From the IMG/VR virus record IMGVR_UViG_3300032318_002198: a stretch of 64,000 nt of DNA; one strand, written 5' to 3'. Source of the stretch: a virus (lineage: Duplodnaviria; Heunggongvirae; Uroviricota; Caudoviricetes). Position numbers and translations under genes: made by a program. The stretch's first letter is position 1; each line of letters opens with the position of its first letter. The notes under the pieces are model-generated. The model made no database searches. It was given only the letters and a program-made list of their open reading frames with translations, and had not been told where the DNA came from. This document shows positions 8,715 through 19,040 of the stretch, in pieces.

Positions 8715-9593
8715 ATGACGAATAAACCTAAGACTTATCGCAGTATTTTTATTAGTGACATACACCTCGGGACGAGAGACTGTAAAGCAGAACAACTTAA
8801 TAATTTTCTCAAACACAACACTTGTGAGACTTTGTATTTGGTCGGAGACGTGATAGATGCTTGGAAAATTCAACAAAACAAATGGCGATGGAAACAAAGT
8901 CATACCAATGTTGTCCGACGTGTGCTGGGCCATGCTAAAAGAGGTACTAGGGTAGTTTATATAGCAGGCAATCATGATGAGTTTTTGCGTCCAATGATCC
9001 CATATGGTTTTTCATTTGGCATGATAGAGATACACAATCAAATAGAACACATTGGTGCAGACGGTAAGCATTATCTCGTAGTACATGGTGATTTGTTTGA
9101 TGGCATTACTAGATTGGCTCCTTGGGTGAGCTTTTTAGGAGACAAAGCATATGATATCATGCTTGTACTCAATTCAAAATTTAATTGGATCCGTCACAGA
9201 CTGGGTTTTGGGTACTTTAGTCTTAGTCGTTATCTCAAGCACAGAGTAAAAAAAGCAGTAGACTTCATATTCAAGTTTGAAGAAAATCTAGCAGGTTATT
9301 GTAAAAAGCGTGGTTTTGATGGAGTTATCGTAGGTCACATCCACTCGGCTGAAATAAAAGAAATAGATGGCATTTGGTACGGCAATTCCGGTGATTGGGT
9401 CGAAAGTTGCACTGCCCTGTGTGAAACACACGATGGTGATTGGATTATTATTCAGTTAGTAGGAGATCAATTTCAGCCGGTGACAGTGCGACCCGTCCAT
9501 AGCTATCAAACACTAACAGGAGAACTTTGTATCCCTTGGTTTGAGCAGAAAGGATTTTCTGTTTTACAATATCAAGATCGCGACTCAAAGTAA
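8715..9593 (+). CDS. Calcineurin-like metallophosphoesterase (LpxH-like architecture)
   Basis: Motifs SDIHLG, LVGDVIDAW, IAGNHDEF and VVHGDLFDG. Confidence 0.65.
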   Translation: MTNKPKTYRSIFISDIHLGTRDCKAEQLNNFLKHNTCETLYLVGDVIDAWKIQQNKWRWKQSHTNVVRRVLGHAKRGTRVVYIAGNHDEFLRPMIPYGFSFGMIEIHNQIEHIGADGKHYLVVHGDLFDGITRLAPWVSFLGDKAYDIMLVLNSKFNWIRHRLGFGYFSLSRYLKHRVKKAVDFIFKFEENLAGYCKKRGFDGVIVGHIHSAEIKEIDGIWYGNSGDWVESCTALCETHDGDWIIIQLVGDQFQPVTVRPVHSYQTLTGELCIPWFEQKGFSVLQYQDRDSK

Positions 9594-9679
9594 ATGGGCT
9601 TTTGATTTCTACTACTAAGTTATCGTCTGCTACGAAGAAATCACAAATATAGGAAATAAATACAATAAGGAGAATGACG

Positions 9680-9853
9680 ATGATGTGGTTGATGATACTA
9701 GTAGCAGTACACATACACAATCCAAACGACATTCCAGGAAGAATAGAACTGACGTTTCAGGATCAGAAAACTTGTCAACAAACATTAGATACAATTAAAT
9801 GGTGGCTAAAGTTTGATAACTTTAAGATAACAGGGAGATGCGAAAAAAAATGA
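9680..9853 (+). CDS. Small hypothetical protein (57 aa)
   Basis: AAGGAG RBS 6 nt upstream of ATGATG; overlaps the PAP2 start. Not in the track (under 60 aa). The overlapping minus ORF 9448-9732 is more likely spurious. Confidence 0.35.
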   Translation: MMWLMILVAVHIHNPNDIPGRIELTFQDQKTCQQTLDTIKWWLKFDNFKITGRCEKK

Positions 9854-10380
9854 ATAATATCTTTAAAATAATTTTAGGGCTAGTTTTTATATTTTGTTCA
9901 ATATCGTCGTCGGCAAAAGAACTTAGACAAATAGGAGATTATCTACAAATTGCTATACCTGCTTATGCTATTGGTAGGGCCTACGGCTTAGATGATCAAG
10001 AAGGACTTAGACAAATGGGTACAGGATTGATTGTAAATTTAGCAGCAACACAAGCAATTAAAAAATCAACTCTACAAATGAGACCAGACGGTAGTAACAG
10101 ATTAAGTTTTCCTAGTGGTCACACATCTGCTGCATTTCAAGGTGCTGCATTTATACATAAAAGATATGGTTGGGACAAAGCCTGGCCGCACTACATTGCC
10201 GCTAGCATAGTTGGTTATAGTAGAGTAGAAAGTAATAGACATTATTGGAGAGATGTAATTGCAGGTGCAGCATTAGGAATAGGAGTAAGTTGGTATTTAA
10301 CAACACCAAGACAAGAATCTAGTCTGATTATATCTCATGATAGAAATTCTACTAATTTACTTTATATTGCGTCATTCTAA
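9850..10380 (+). CDS. PAP2-family lipid phosphatase, secreted or membrane (signal peptide). Alternative upstream start at 9838.
   Basis: Motifs KxxxxxxRP (MRPDGSNRLSFP), PSGHTS and SRVESNRHYWRDV. N-terminal signal peptide MNNIFKIILGLVFIFCSISSSA. Confidence 0.8.
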   Translation: MNNIFKIILGLVFIFCSISSSAKELRQIGDYLQIAIPAYAIGRAYGLDDQEGLRQMGTGLIVNLAATQAIKKSTLQMRPDGSNRLSFPSGHTSAAFQGAAFIHKRYGWDKAWPHYIAASIVGYSRVESNRHYWRDVIAGAALGIGVSWYLTTPRQESSLIISHDRNSTNLLYIASF

Positions 10381-11378
10381 TGAAAACAATCTTGATAATT
10401 ACTGACAATCTGAAAGATCAAATAAATGGAGTGGTTACGACCTATAAAAATATTGAGGCTTGTGCGATTTTGGATGGTTATCGCGTCGTTTATATTACTC
10501 CCGGGGACTTCTGCTACTTTAATTGTCCTGGCTACAACGAAGTCAAGATTGCCTATCCGAGGGAGATGGGCAAGAAGATTACGGAGATCAATCCGGATTA
10601 TATCCATATCGCCACAGAGGGTCTTGTTGGTCTGTTTGCTAGAAAATATCTTTCAAAACATAATATTAGGTACAATACTGCTTATCATACTAAGTTCCCT
10701 GAAGGACTTAGAGCCTTATTTGGCATTCCTGAGTCAGTTACTTGGCCTTTAATACGCTGGTTTCATAAACGTAGTAATCGAGTGCTAACTACTACCGATT
10801 CAATGGTTAACGAACTACAGAATCATGGGTTTGATAAAAATGTTATATCTTGGACTAGGGGAGTTGACTGCAACATTTTCTATCCTGCTACTGATTTTAC
10901 CAACACCGGTATGTTACTATGCGTTAGCAGAGTTAGTAAAGAAAAAAATTTAGAAGACTTTTTTCGTTTAGACTATCTGGGATATCGTAAGATTATGGTA
11001 GGGGATGGACCTATGTTGGAAGAATATAAAGCACAATACCCTAGCGTAGAGTTTGTAGGATTTAAAACAGGACACGAATTGGCTGAATACTACCGACAGG
11101 CGGATGTGTTCGTATTTCCAAGCCGTTGGGAAACATTTGGTATAGTTATGATAGAGGCTATGGCCTGTGGAACTCCTGTAGCAGCATACCCTTGCCAAGG
11201 ACCTTTAGATGTTATAGATGAAGGCATTACTGGTTGTATGAATGACGAATTGAAGCAAGCAGTAAAAGACGCCCTAATGTTGGATAGACAGCGTATTTGG
11301 GAAGGAAGTTTTCGCTGGTCTTGGGAAAATGCTTGGCAAATTTTTAAAGACAACTTAGTAGAAAAATTGGGCACATAA
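10380..11378 (+). CDS. Glycosyltransferase family 4 (GT-B)
   Basis: C-terminal FVFPSRWETFGIVMIEAMACGTPVAA, the GT4 E-x7-E region. Confidence 0.75.
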   Translation: MKTILIITDNLKDQINGVVTTYKNIEACAILDGYRVVYITPGDFCYFNCPGYNEVKIAYPREMGKKITEINPDYIHIATEGLVGLFARKYLSKHNIRYNTAYHTKFPEGLRALFGIPESVTWPLIRWFHKRSNRVLTTTDSMVNELQNHGFDKNVISWTRGVDCNIFYPATDFTNTGMLLCVSRVSKEKNLEDFFRLDYLGYRKIMVGDGPMLEEYKAQYPSVEFVGFKTGHELAEYYRQADVFVFPSRWETFGIVMIEAMACGTPVAAYPCQGPLDVIDEGITGCMNDELKQAVKDALMLDRQRIWEGSFRWSWENAWQIFKDNLVEKLGT

Positions 11379-11409
11379 TAACGTGTCGCTGGACTTGCAT
11401 AACCAGCAG

Positions 11410-11434
11410 TAGGGCCAAAAGGCCCTATTTTTTT
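11410..11434. terminator. Bidirectional rho-independent terminator (TAGGGCC-AAAA-GGCCCTA followed by T7) between convergent genes
   Basis: Perfect 7-bp GC stem with T-run on + and A-run on -. Confidence 0.7.
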
Positions 11435-11441
11435 GACTATA

Positions 11442-12269
11442 TTATCTTGACATAAACTCTTTGAGTTCAACTAATTGCGTATCATAGTCTGGTATATCAA
11501 ATTCAAACTCTTTTCTAGTGTCTACTAGAATTTTATTCACAGTTTTTGGACCTTGAGTTTTGTTGATCGTTTTGTTCAATCCAAATATGTTATTGATCTT
11601 TGAAAGTAAATCAAATTTATTGATATTTACATTGTTATTGACAACGTTGTATATTCCAGTAATTTTTGGATCGTTGATATATTTTTCAATACATTTGGCT
11701 AATTGCAATGTAGTAATTCCATTCCACCAAGCATTTTCCCAACCCGACAATGTTGATTCTTTATTGGTATATATCCATTGAAATAATCCACTGCCATTGG
11801 ATTTCAATTCCGGTCCTATGATGCTCATTCGAAATGTAATATCTTTGTTGTTAGATATCTCTCCCAACGACTTAGACCTACCATACACATTTGTTTCCGT
11901 ATGTGCATCTTGTTCTGTATAATTACCTTGTTTACCGTCGAACACACAATCAGTGGATATATGAATCAAACGAGTATTTCTATTGTATAACGACTGTGCA
12001 AGATATTGAGGGAACCAACTGTTGAGCATGATTGCCTTAGCAGGATTTTTTAAACTATCTGGTTGTAAATATCCGATACAATTAATCATAAAATCACATT
12101 GAGCATTTTGTGATTGTAAGAAATTATCCAATTGATCTTTGTTCTCAACATCTACATTGCAATCTGCATTATTTCTTGCAACAGTGAGCACATTGAAATT
12201 CTTTGATTTTAGGTATTTGGTGATCATATGACCAGCCATACCATTAGATCCTAACAAAACTATTTTCAT
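11442..12269 (-). CDS. dTDP-4-dehydrorhamnose reductase-like (RmlD-like) NAD(P)-dependent reductase
   Basis: N-terminal MKIVLLGSNGMAGHMI Rossmann motif; about 275 aa; downstream of an RmlC-like gene. Confidence 0.6.
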   Translation of the reverse strand: MKIVLLGSNGMAGHMITKYLKSKNFNVLTVARNNADCNVDVENKDQLDNFLQSQNAQCDFMINCIGYLQPDSLKNPAKAIMLNSWFPQYLAQSLYNRNTRLIHISTDCVFDGKQGNYTEQDAHTETNVYGRSKSLGEISNNKDITFRMSIIGPELKSNGSGLFQWIYTNKESTLSGWENAWWNGITTLQLAKCIEKYINDPKITGIYNVVNNNVNINKFDLLSKINNIFGLNKTINKTQGPKTVNKILVDTRKEFEFDIPDYDTQLVELKEFMSR

Positions 12270-12721
12270 CTATATTCATCCTTCCAAATGTTTACTATAT
12301 CATAGTCAAATCTAACATCGTCTTTGATTGATTCTTCTAGTGTACTTGTGCTGAAGAATTGTACTATGGTGCCTTGTTCTAGTGTTTTGAATCCATTTGC
12401 ATATCCTGGTGGTATGAATAGTATTCTTGGGTTAACAGCTGACAAAACTGTTTTGTATATATCTGGAATTACTGACAGCGAATTTTCTTTTATATCTATC
12501 ATCGTATCTAAACTAACTGCTCCAACAAGTGCAGAACCTTTTACTACATATATGTACTTGCCTTCATGTTTATGTCCATGCCATGCTCGGACAAAACCAG
12601 ACGAATGATTTTCGACTTGATAAAATCGTTTTACCGTATCAAAGTTAAAATCATTTACAAATCTCACCGAGCCCCTATCGTCGACAGAAACTCCACCAGT
12701 TATCAATTTTATTTGATCCAT
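12266..12721 (-). CDS. dTDP-4-dehydrorhamnose 3,5-epimerase-like cupin (RmlC-like)
   Basis: VRAWHGHKHEGKYIYVVKGSALVGAVSLD resembles the RmlC RGLHxQ...KLVRCV.GEVFDVAVD block. Confidence 0.55.
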   Translation of the reverse strand: MDQIKLITGGVSVDDRGSVRFVNDFNFDTVKRFYQVENHSSGFVRAWHGHKHEGKYIYVVKGSALVGAVSLDTMIDIKENSLSVIPDIYKTVLSAVNPRILFIPPGYANGFKTLEQGTIVQFFSTSTLEESIKDDVRFDYDIVNIWKDEYR

Positions 12722-13671
12722 AATAATTGTTTTTCGTCTTTCTTATTTTTTAGGTATATACCATTATGATATAATTTATCTTCAGGATTTTCGATTCGAT
12801 TTTCTTCAAATAAACGTATCATTCTAATAACTTCTTCTTCGACTGTTACTATCGGTTTATATTCAAAATCTCTTAAAGATTTGCTGTTATCTACTTGATA
12901 GTTTCGAGCATCTTGAAATGAAATTTCAGAATATTCGATTGTGGTATTAGGAATCAATTTAGCTACTCTTTCCCCAAGTTCTCGAATGACAACGTTTTCT
13001 TTTGAAAGTACATATACTCCATTGATTTTCTTTTCGCATGCCTCTGTTATATATCCTGCTATATCTTTGACAGCAATAATTGGCCGCCATTGATTGCCAC
13101 CATTGATTTTTATCTTACCTTCTTTCACGGCCTTCATCGTAAGAACATTTACAACTAAATCCAATCTGATTCTTGAGTAGGTATCTCCTAAACCAAATAC
13201 TGTTCCTAATCTGAATACAGTACCATTCTTTTTAAGTACATGTTCTTCTGCTCTTAATTTAGTAGAGGCATATGATGATAATGGGTTAGTAGGACTTTCT
13301 TCATTTAATAATCCATCTTGTGCTCCGTATACTGAACAGGTTGACATAAAGACGATGTGAATGTCATTTCCGACACCGTTGCAAAAATCTCTAATTGCAC
13401 GATAGTTTATCTCTTCGGTAAGTAAAGGATCTACGCTACAAGCAGGATCACCTACCAATGCTGCCATTAATACCACAATGTCGAATTGTTTAGATACATT
13501 TACTAGTTTTTCAGTATCACGTATGTCACCTGATATAAATGGGACTTCTTTTAAAAAACGTGATTCATACAATAAACTATCATAAACTGTTACATCAAAT
13601 CCTTTTTTAATAAGAGCGTCACAAGTTAGTCCACCAATATAACCTGCTCCTCCAACAACTAAAATATTCAT
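12709..13671 (-). CDS. NAD-dependent sugar epimerase/dehydratase (extended SDR)
   Basis: MNILVVGGAGYIGG Rossmann motif; 320 aa. Confidence 0.7.
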   Translation of the reverse strand: MNILVVGGAGYIGGLTCDALIKKGFDVTVYDSLLYESRFLKEVPFISGDIRDTEKLVNVSKQFDIVVLMAALVGDPACSVDPLLTEEINYRAIRDFCNGVGNDIHIVFMSTCSVYGAQDGLLNEESPTNPLSSYASTKLRAEEHVLKKNGTVFRLGTVFGLGDTYSRIRLDLVVNVLTMKAVKEGKIKINGGNQWRPIIAVKDIAGYITEACEKKINGVYVLSKENVVIRELGERVAKLIPNTTIEYSEISFQDARNYQVDNSKSLRDFEYKPIVTVEEEVIRMIRLFEENRIENPEDKLYHNGIYLKNKKDEKQLLWIK

Positions 13672-14279
13672 TTACTTTCCAATAAATATAAAAATAATTG
13701 GTCTTGCCTGAAGCTATCGCTTTTTATTATCTTAAAAAGAGAACTTATTTCTTTATCCCAGAATTGTTTATTTTCTTGTGTTAAATGTAATTCTAGACCC
13801 TCGGGATCACTATGCCTGTCGCTATGATTAGCAATGCCTATAAAAAATAGTTTTCCATAAGGTTTAATTTTTGATAAAACTTCTACAGATTTTGGTAACG
13901 GTAAATGTTCTATAACATCACAACAAATTAACAAATCATATTGTTTATCTAAGATTAATTCTTCCATCAAATTTATTTCTTTAAATGGAAAATCAAACTT
14001 TAAAAAATTAGATAAATCGGCAGCTAGTATATCAACATTAGTATCTTTAAAGAAACTAAGCATTGTCCCCTTCCCGGAACCTATATCTACTACAGATGTT
14101 GGTTTATATGTCGATGCTATGTTAACTAACCAATCATGTTTTGGCTCTGATAAATCTATGCCATCACAACAATAGTTTCCCACTGATGAAAAAATTCTTG
14201 TGTATACTTTTTTAAAATCCATATTAAATTCCATACCTTTTATATAATTCCTCTCTTTGTAAATCAATCTCTGCAACAT
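13668..14279 (-). CDS. Class I SAM-dependent methyltransferase. The true start is probably an internal Met near 14234 or 14222, avoiding the overlap with the upstream GT2.
   Basis: VVDIGSGKGTM is SAM-binding motif I. Confidence 0.6.
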   Translation of the reverse strand: MLQRLIYKERNYIKGMEFNMDFKKVYTRIFSSVGNYCCDGIDLSEPKHDWLVNIASTYKPTSVVDIGSGKGTMLSFFKDTNVDILAADLSNFLKFDFPFKEINLMEELILDKQYDLLICCDVIEHLPLPKSVEVLSKIKPYGKLFFIGIANHSDRHSDPEGLELHLTQENKQFWDKEISSLFKIIKSDSFRQDQLFLYLLESK

Positions 14280-14925
14280 GCAAATATGATCTTCTATCTC
14301 GGTGACATCTACAATATCCTAGTTGTTTGTCTAAATATCCAATGTCAATATTATTTAATTCCATTCTTACACAATAGTCATAGTCCTGAACATGGTTAAT
14401 CCCTTCGGCAAAACTACCCACAATTTCATAGACTTCTTTTTTATATATGAAACACATTCCTTGTGACCATCTATTTTTTATAAATGCGTTAGTAAAATAA
14501 TCTTCTTTAGATGCTACAACTTTAGTTCCGTCCGGAAACAAATAATAGAAACTACTGTATATAAAACTTTTATTAGAAGATTCTATACAATTGATTAATT
14601 CTTCAAAGCAGTTAGGTGAATATATGTTATCACTAGTTATCCACGAAATAAATTTATGATTGTTACTTAATGCGGCAGTATGTCCAGAATTTAAAGCAGA
14701 GCCAATAAATTTATTAGATTCATGTCTAATATAGTTAATTTTTATTTCAGGATGACCGGAAATAAATTCTTTAATTATAGATACAGAGTTATCTGTAGAT
14801 GCGTCATCGACTATGTATAAAGTAAAATCTTTATAAGTTTGATTTTTTATACTGTCTAGTAATTCTAATATATACTCTTCATAATTGTAATGAGGTAAAA
14901 TTATGGCTAATTTTGATGTATTCAT
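14224..14925 (-). CDS. Glycosyltransferase family 2
   Basis: LAIILPHYNYEEYILELLDSIKNQTYKDFTLYIVDDASTDNS, a canonical GT2 N-terminus. Confidence 0.75.
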   Translation of the reverse strand: MNTSKLAIILPHYNYEEYILELLDSIKNQTYKDFTLYIVDDASTDNSVSIIKEFISGHPEIKINYIRHESNKFIGSALNSGHTAALSNNHKFISWITSDNIYSPNCFEELINCIESSNKSFIYSSFYYLFPDGTKVVASKEDYFTNAFIKNRWSQGMCFIYKKEVYEIVGSFAEGINHVQDYDYCVRMELNNIDIGYLDKQLGYCRCHRDRRSYLHVAEIDLQREELYKRYGI

Positions 14926-16239
14926 TTATTTGTTTATTATTAATTTAAACCTAATATCCGGTCCATTCGGTTCGTTGGGGATCTTAACAGCTTCTTGTAC
15001 CGTAATATTAATGTCGTCCCAGTTATATATTTTTCCATTAACATACAAAGGTTTTGTTGAATCAAAATAATCAAAAGTCCTAGTTGTTAGCGGTAATTTA
15101 TGAGTAGGATCTGTCCAGAAATTATCAGATCCTGCATAAGGAGAATCAATATTGATTACAGCTCCGTTACAGCATACTCTATATATTTCTCTTAAAAACG
15201 GAATAAAGTTTTCTTTGGAAATATGTTCTAGTACATGATGCATTCTTATTTCGGTTACTGTATTATTGGCAAAAGGCCATGGAAATATTTCTAAATCATG
15301 TTTAACATCGCATACTGTGTTACCACTGTCAACATTGACCCATCCCTGAAGATACTCGGTGCCGCATCCTAAATTAAGTTTTTTCATTTTTATTTTATTA
15401 ATAATTTGTATTAAACTTTCGACATATCTTTTATAGGTTAAACCTTCCGTAGAACTTCTTCTACTACGTATCGGTTTTAAAATGTTTTCTAAAATATTAA
15501 TCAATCCGTTTAGATCGTTTGGTTTAAAAACATAATCAACCGGAAAATCGCCAACGAATCCAACATCGGCGCTAATAATTTCTTTTCCGCACGACAATGC
15601 TTCTAAAATAATCATTGGACCTCCTTCCCATAATGAAGGCACTAAAATATAATCAGTGTCATGAATTTGTGCTGGATATAATGAATATTCTTCATCGGTA
15701 AAATATTCAACTTCGACATTTTTAGATTTTAATTTATCTACAACAGCATCCCAATCTTTGCCAACAAATTTAAATCTAAAATTTTCAACAATTGGATCGT
15801 CTACTAGATCTAACATAAAATGAAAGCCCTTGCCTTCGTATTTGCCACGTTGAAATATTCCTATTTTAGGTTTGTATTGAGTAAATTTAGTGTTTACCTC
15901 TGCCGGAAAAAGTACAGACATTTTATTTTCATCAAAGATTGATTTAAATTTTTCATAATATCTGGAACACATATGAATTATATAGTCTAAACTTAAACAA
16001 TTTTTATTAACAGTTTCTATAGAATCTAAATCCATATGCGTAAAAAATCCAATATCTATGGTTTTAGATTTTTGAACGAAACAATTTTGTATATCTACAT
16101 ATATGTTACAATCGACGTCATCGGATGATTGATTAGACAATCTAAAATCATATCCTTGATTTTTACCTTCGTTAACAATACGCTCGGCAATTTTTTGCAA
16201 GATCCAACCGCTGTGAACGGTTACTATATTAATAACCAT
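14926..16239 (-). CDS. Bifunctional glycosyltransferase (GT-B C-terminal-half-like) fused to a SAM methyltransferase domain
   Basis: VPSLWEGGPMIILEALSCGKEIIS (GT4-type) is followed by LNLGCGTEYLQGWVNVD (methyltransferase motif I). Confidence 0.55.
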   Translation of the reverse strand: MVINIVTVHSGWILQKIAERIVNEGKNQGYDFRLSNQSSDDVDCNIYVDIQNCFVQKSKTIDIGFFTHMDLDSIETVNKNCLSLDYIIHMCSRYYEKFKSIFDENKMSVLFPAEVNTKFTQYKPKIGIFQRGKYEGKGFHFMLDLVDDPIVENFRFKFVGKDWDAVVDKLKSKNVEVEYFTDEEYSLYPAQIHDTDYILVPSLWEGGPMIILEALSCGKEIISADVGFVGDFPVDYVFKPNDLNGLINILENILKPIRSRRSSTEGLTYKRYVESLIQIINKIKMKKLNLGCGTEYLQGWVNVDSGNTVCDVKHDLEIFPWPFANNTVTEIRMHHVLEHISKENFIPFLREIYRVCCNGAVINIDSPYAGSDNFWTDPTHKLPLTTRTFDYFDSTKPLYVNGKIYNWDDINITVQEAVKIPNEPNGPDIRFKLIINK

Positions 16240-16250
16240 TTAATTTATAC

Positions 16251-17327
16251 CTAGTTGATGTGGTTGGATAATAATATATTCAACACAGTTTGTGATACAT
16301 TTTTTTTGATATATTCCTCGGGTACATTCCAATTGTTCGGTTTATTATCGATAATAAAGTTATAACACCTAAGAATACTATCAACATTTAATCCACTAAT
16401 AATATTAGATCCACACCAAACTGTTTCAGGACGTTCCGTACTATCTCTAATCGTTATAGTCGGTATGTTAAAAATACACATTTCCTCTTGTACTGTTCCG
16501 CTATCAGAAATAGCCATCTTACTATTCTTTTCTAAATTAATAAAATCAAAAAAGCCAAACGGTTCTGACACAATTATATTTTTTGATTGCAAATTTAATT
16601 TTTCCATTCTGTTTTTAGTTCTTGGGTGACAACTAAAAACAACTTTATTATCTTTTGAAATAACTTCTAACGCAGAGAAAATGTTTTTTAACCGTTGATC
16701 AACATCAACATTTTCAGATCGATGTGCCGTTACAATTACATATTGAGCTTTTTCTAAATTTAGTTCATTCAAAATATTAGAAGAATCTATTTGATCTCGG
16801 TAATATTCGATTACTTCATTTATGGGGTTTCCGACTACAAAAATTTTATCATTCGCTATACCTTCTCTTAATAAATTTTGTCGACTTGTTTCAGTATAAG
16901 GCATATTGATCGATGAAATAGTATCGATAATTTTTCTATTCTTTTCCTCGGGAACTTTGAGATCGTAACATCTATTACCCGCTTCCATGTGATAGACCGG
17001 TACTCCTAAACGTTCGCATACGATTGCTGCTAAACTTGAGTTAGTGTCACCCAGTATTAATACTTTATCTGGTTTAAAGGAATTAATAGCATTTTCTACA
17101 CCCACGAATATCTTACCTAACTGTTCAGATAAAGAATTTGATTTACTGTCAATTATAAAATCACACTGTCGAACTCCTAACTGTGAGAAAAATATATCAT
17201 TAAGATTAGCATCATAATTTTGTCCTGTGTGAAGGATTTTATGATTCACATATCTGTCTAATAAAGGTATAATTCTCGACAGTCTGATAATTTCGGGTCT
17301 TGTTCCTAAAATAGTTAAAACATTCAT
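16251..17327 (-). CDS. wecB: UDP-N-acetylglucosamine 2-epimerase (non-hydrolysing, WecB-like)
   Basis: LTILGTRPEIIRLS, HTGQNYD, LGDTNSSLA and HMEAGNR are all in the WecB/MnaA order. Confidence 0.8.
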   Translation of the reverse strand: MNVLTILGTRPEIIRLSRIIPLLDRYVNHKILHTGQNYDANLNDIFFSQLGVRQCDFIIDSKSNSLSEQLGKIFVGVENAINSFKPDKVLILGDTNSSLAAIVCERLGVPVYHMEAGNRCYDLKVPEEKNRKIIDTISSINMPYTETSRQNLLREGIANDKIFVVGNPINEVIEYYRDQIDSSNILNELNLEKAQYVIVTAHRSENVDVDQRLKNIFSALEVISKDNKVVFSCHPRTKNRMEKLNLQSKNIIVSEPFGFFDFINLEKNSKMAISDSGTVQEEMCIFNIPTITIRDSTERPETVWCGSNIISGLNVDSILRCYNFIIDNKPNNWNVPEEYIKKNVSQTVLNILLSNHIN

Positions 17328-17367
17328 AAAGTTCTTTCTTTAATTATTATTATACACAATTCGGTTA

Positions 17368-18984
17368 TCAAAGGTCAATAAGTTTCCTGTTAATTAATGA
17401 TGGTATTCTACTTTTAATAGTTTCGGGTAAGTTAGATGTAGGTATGTTTATTTTTTCTAATGGTTGTTCATTAAAATGAACTTTTTTATTTTTAATTGAT
17501 GTCTCTAATAATAATTGATTTTCCTTGAACTGTTCATGCATGTTAGATTCACAAACGCTGTTAAGTTTTTGCACTACAGCATCTAATCCTCCAAGATAAG
17601 AAAAATGCCATCCACCGTGTACATGCAATCTATTACCTTTAAATCTTTGATTTCTAATTTCTTGAGGAGTTGTTCCATCTAACAATATATGCCATCTTGT
17701 TAAATGACTACCACACCATTTATAATTGGCTTTGTAATTTAGATAATAATAATACATGTCCTGTTCCAGACCAAATGTCAATTGAACATTATTATTATGA
17801 TAAAATTTAATAGCTTCGTGATTAGGAATCTCATCTAAATCAGATATCATTACTATATCATCACGATTTAAATCTAATCTATCTAACCCTACTCTAATGT
17901 TATTTCTTTGATAATGTTCATTATCCCAAGAACCATACGCAGTAGATATAGGATTGTCAACAATTACATGTACAATTTTATGTAAGTATTTTGAAAAACG
18001 GTGTTTATTCTTTTCAAAGTATAATTCTTTTTTATTACCCAATTGAGTGAATCTTGCTTCGACTAATACAAAATGATCTATTATAGGATCAAGATATTCT
18101 AACCGTATCTCCAAAAGATCCAATTCGTATTCTAATCCAAACATGAAACAATCCACTATTTGATCTTTGAAATTTGATCGATTTTTATCAAAAACCTTGT
18201 GTTCATTAAAGTTACCTATTTGTGTTTCATTTTGAATAGATTCCAATAATACTCTATTTTTTTCTACTAACGAAGGTAATAAATCCGTAGGGAATTGACT
18301 AGTATGATATTGATGTACACAAAGAGGCGATTCGACAAATTTAACATTTAAATTCTTTCGTTTAATTCTGATAACAAATTCGTCATCATCATAACTCACT
18401 CCGTTTGAAAATCTTTCATCAAATCCATTTAATTCTGTTAAATCAAATCTAGTAATTGCAGACATAAAATGATACATCACCGGTCTATATGTTGGATGAT
18501 TATACCAAGCAGAGATACTAGGATCAACTACTCCTACATTGTTAAATGTAACGACACCGCCGCCCTTCATTATGTTTGTCTCGTGCTCATTTGTAGCATA
18601 ACAATTAAAAGAAAAATATTCTCCAATGTTTAAATTATTTTCAACGTATGAGATAATATCGCCTATGTGACAACATTCAGGATTTTGAATAATTATCTTA
18701 TCACCTTTAGCGTGTCTAAATCCAGTATTGTAAACCACACATGGATTATAATATGATCTTTCGTCATATAGATCGGACATTTTTATTACGGTGATAGGTA
18801 ATTGAGGGTAATTCATTTTACCGATCAATGGATCGTGTACTTGATCACTGAAATCATCTACGATAATTATTTCATAGTCAGTGGATTTTGTGTAACGTAT
18901 GGTTTCTAAGGTATATAGTAAATGTGGCAATCTATTTTTATATGCCATGACGATTGAAATCATCTTAAATCCTTTGCAAAGCAA
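17368..18984 (-). CDS. Two-domain glycosyltransferase: N-terminal GT2 plus C-terminal GT-A-like domain (GT17/MGAT3-like?)
   Basis: ISIVMAYKNRLPHLLYTLETI (GT2 start). The C-terminal half has DCFMFGLEYELDLLEIRLEYLDPIIDHFVLVEA...ISDLDEIP. Confidence 0.55.
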   Translation of the reverse strand: MLCKGFKMISIVMAYKNRLPHLLYTLETIRYTKSTDYEIIIVDDFSDQVHDPLIGKMNYPQLPITVIKMSDLYDERSYYNPCVVYNTGFRHAKGDKIIIQNPECCHIGDIISYVENNLNIGEYFSFNCYATNEHETNIMKGGGVVTFNNVGVVDPSISAWYNHPTYRPVMYHFMSAITRFDLTELNGFDERFSNGVSYDDDEFVIRIKRKNLNVKFVESPLCVHQYHTSQFPTDLLPSLVEKNRVLLESIQNETQIGNFNEHKVFDKNRSNFKDQIVDCFMFGLEYELDLLEIRLEYLDPIIDHFVLVEARFTQLGNKKELYFEKNKHRFSKYLHKIVHVIVDNPISTAYGSWDNEHYQRNNIRVGLDRLDLNRDDIVMISDLDEIPNHEAIKFYHNNNVQLTFGLEQDMYYYYLNYKANYKWCGSHLTRWHILLDGTTPQEIRNQRFKGNRLHVHGGWHFSYLGGLDAVVQKLNSVCESNMHEQFKENQLLLETSIKNKKVHFNEQPLEKINIPTSNLPETIKSRIPSLINRKLIDL

Positions 18985-19040
18985 GATATTTATTGCTTAA
19001 AAAACATCTTGTTTTGTTTTTTGAAGTTGCTTCAAAAAAT

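Noticed and set aside
9448-9732. 94-aa minus-strand ORF between the metallophosphoesterase and PAP2 genes
   Set aside because: It has no RBS or promoter, and it overlaps the + strand gene end and a + strand small ORF that has an AAGGAG RBS. Its hydrophobic, low-complexity translation is typical of AT-rich antisense frames.
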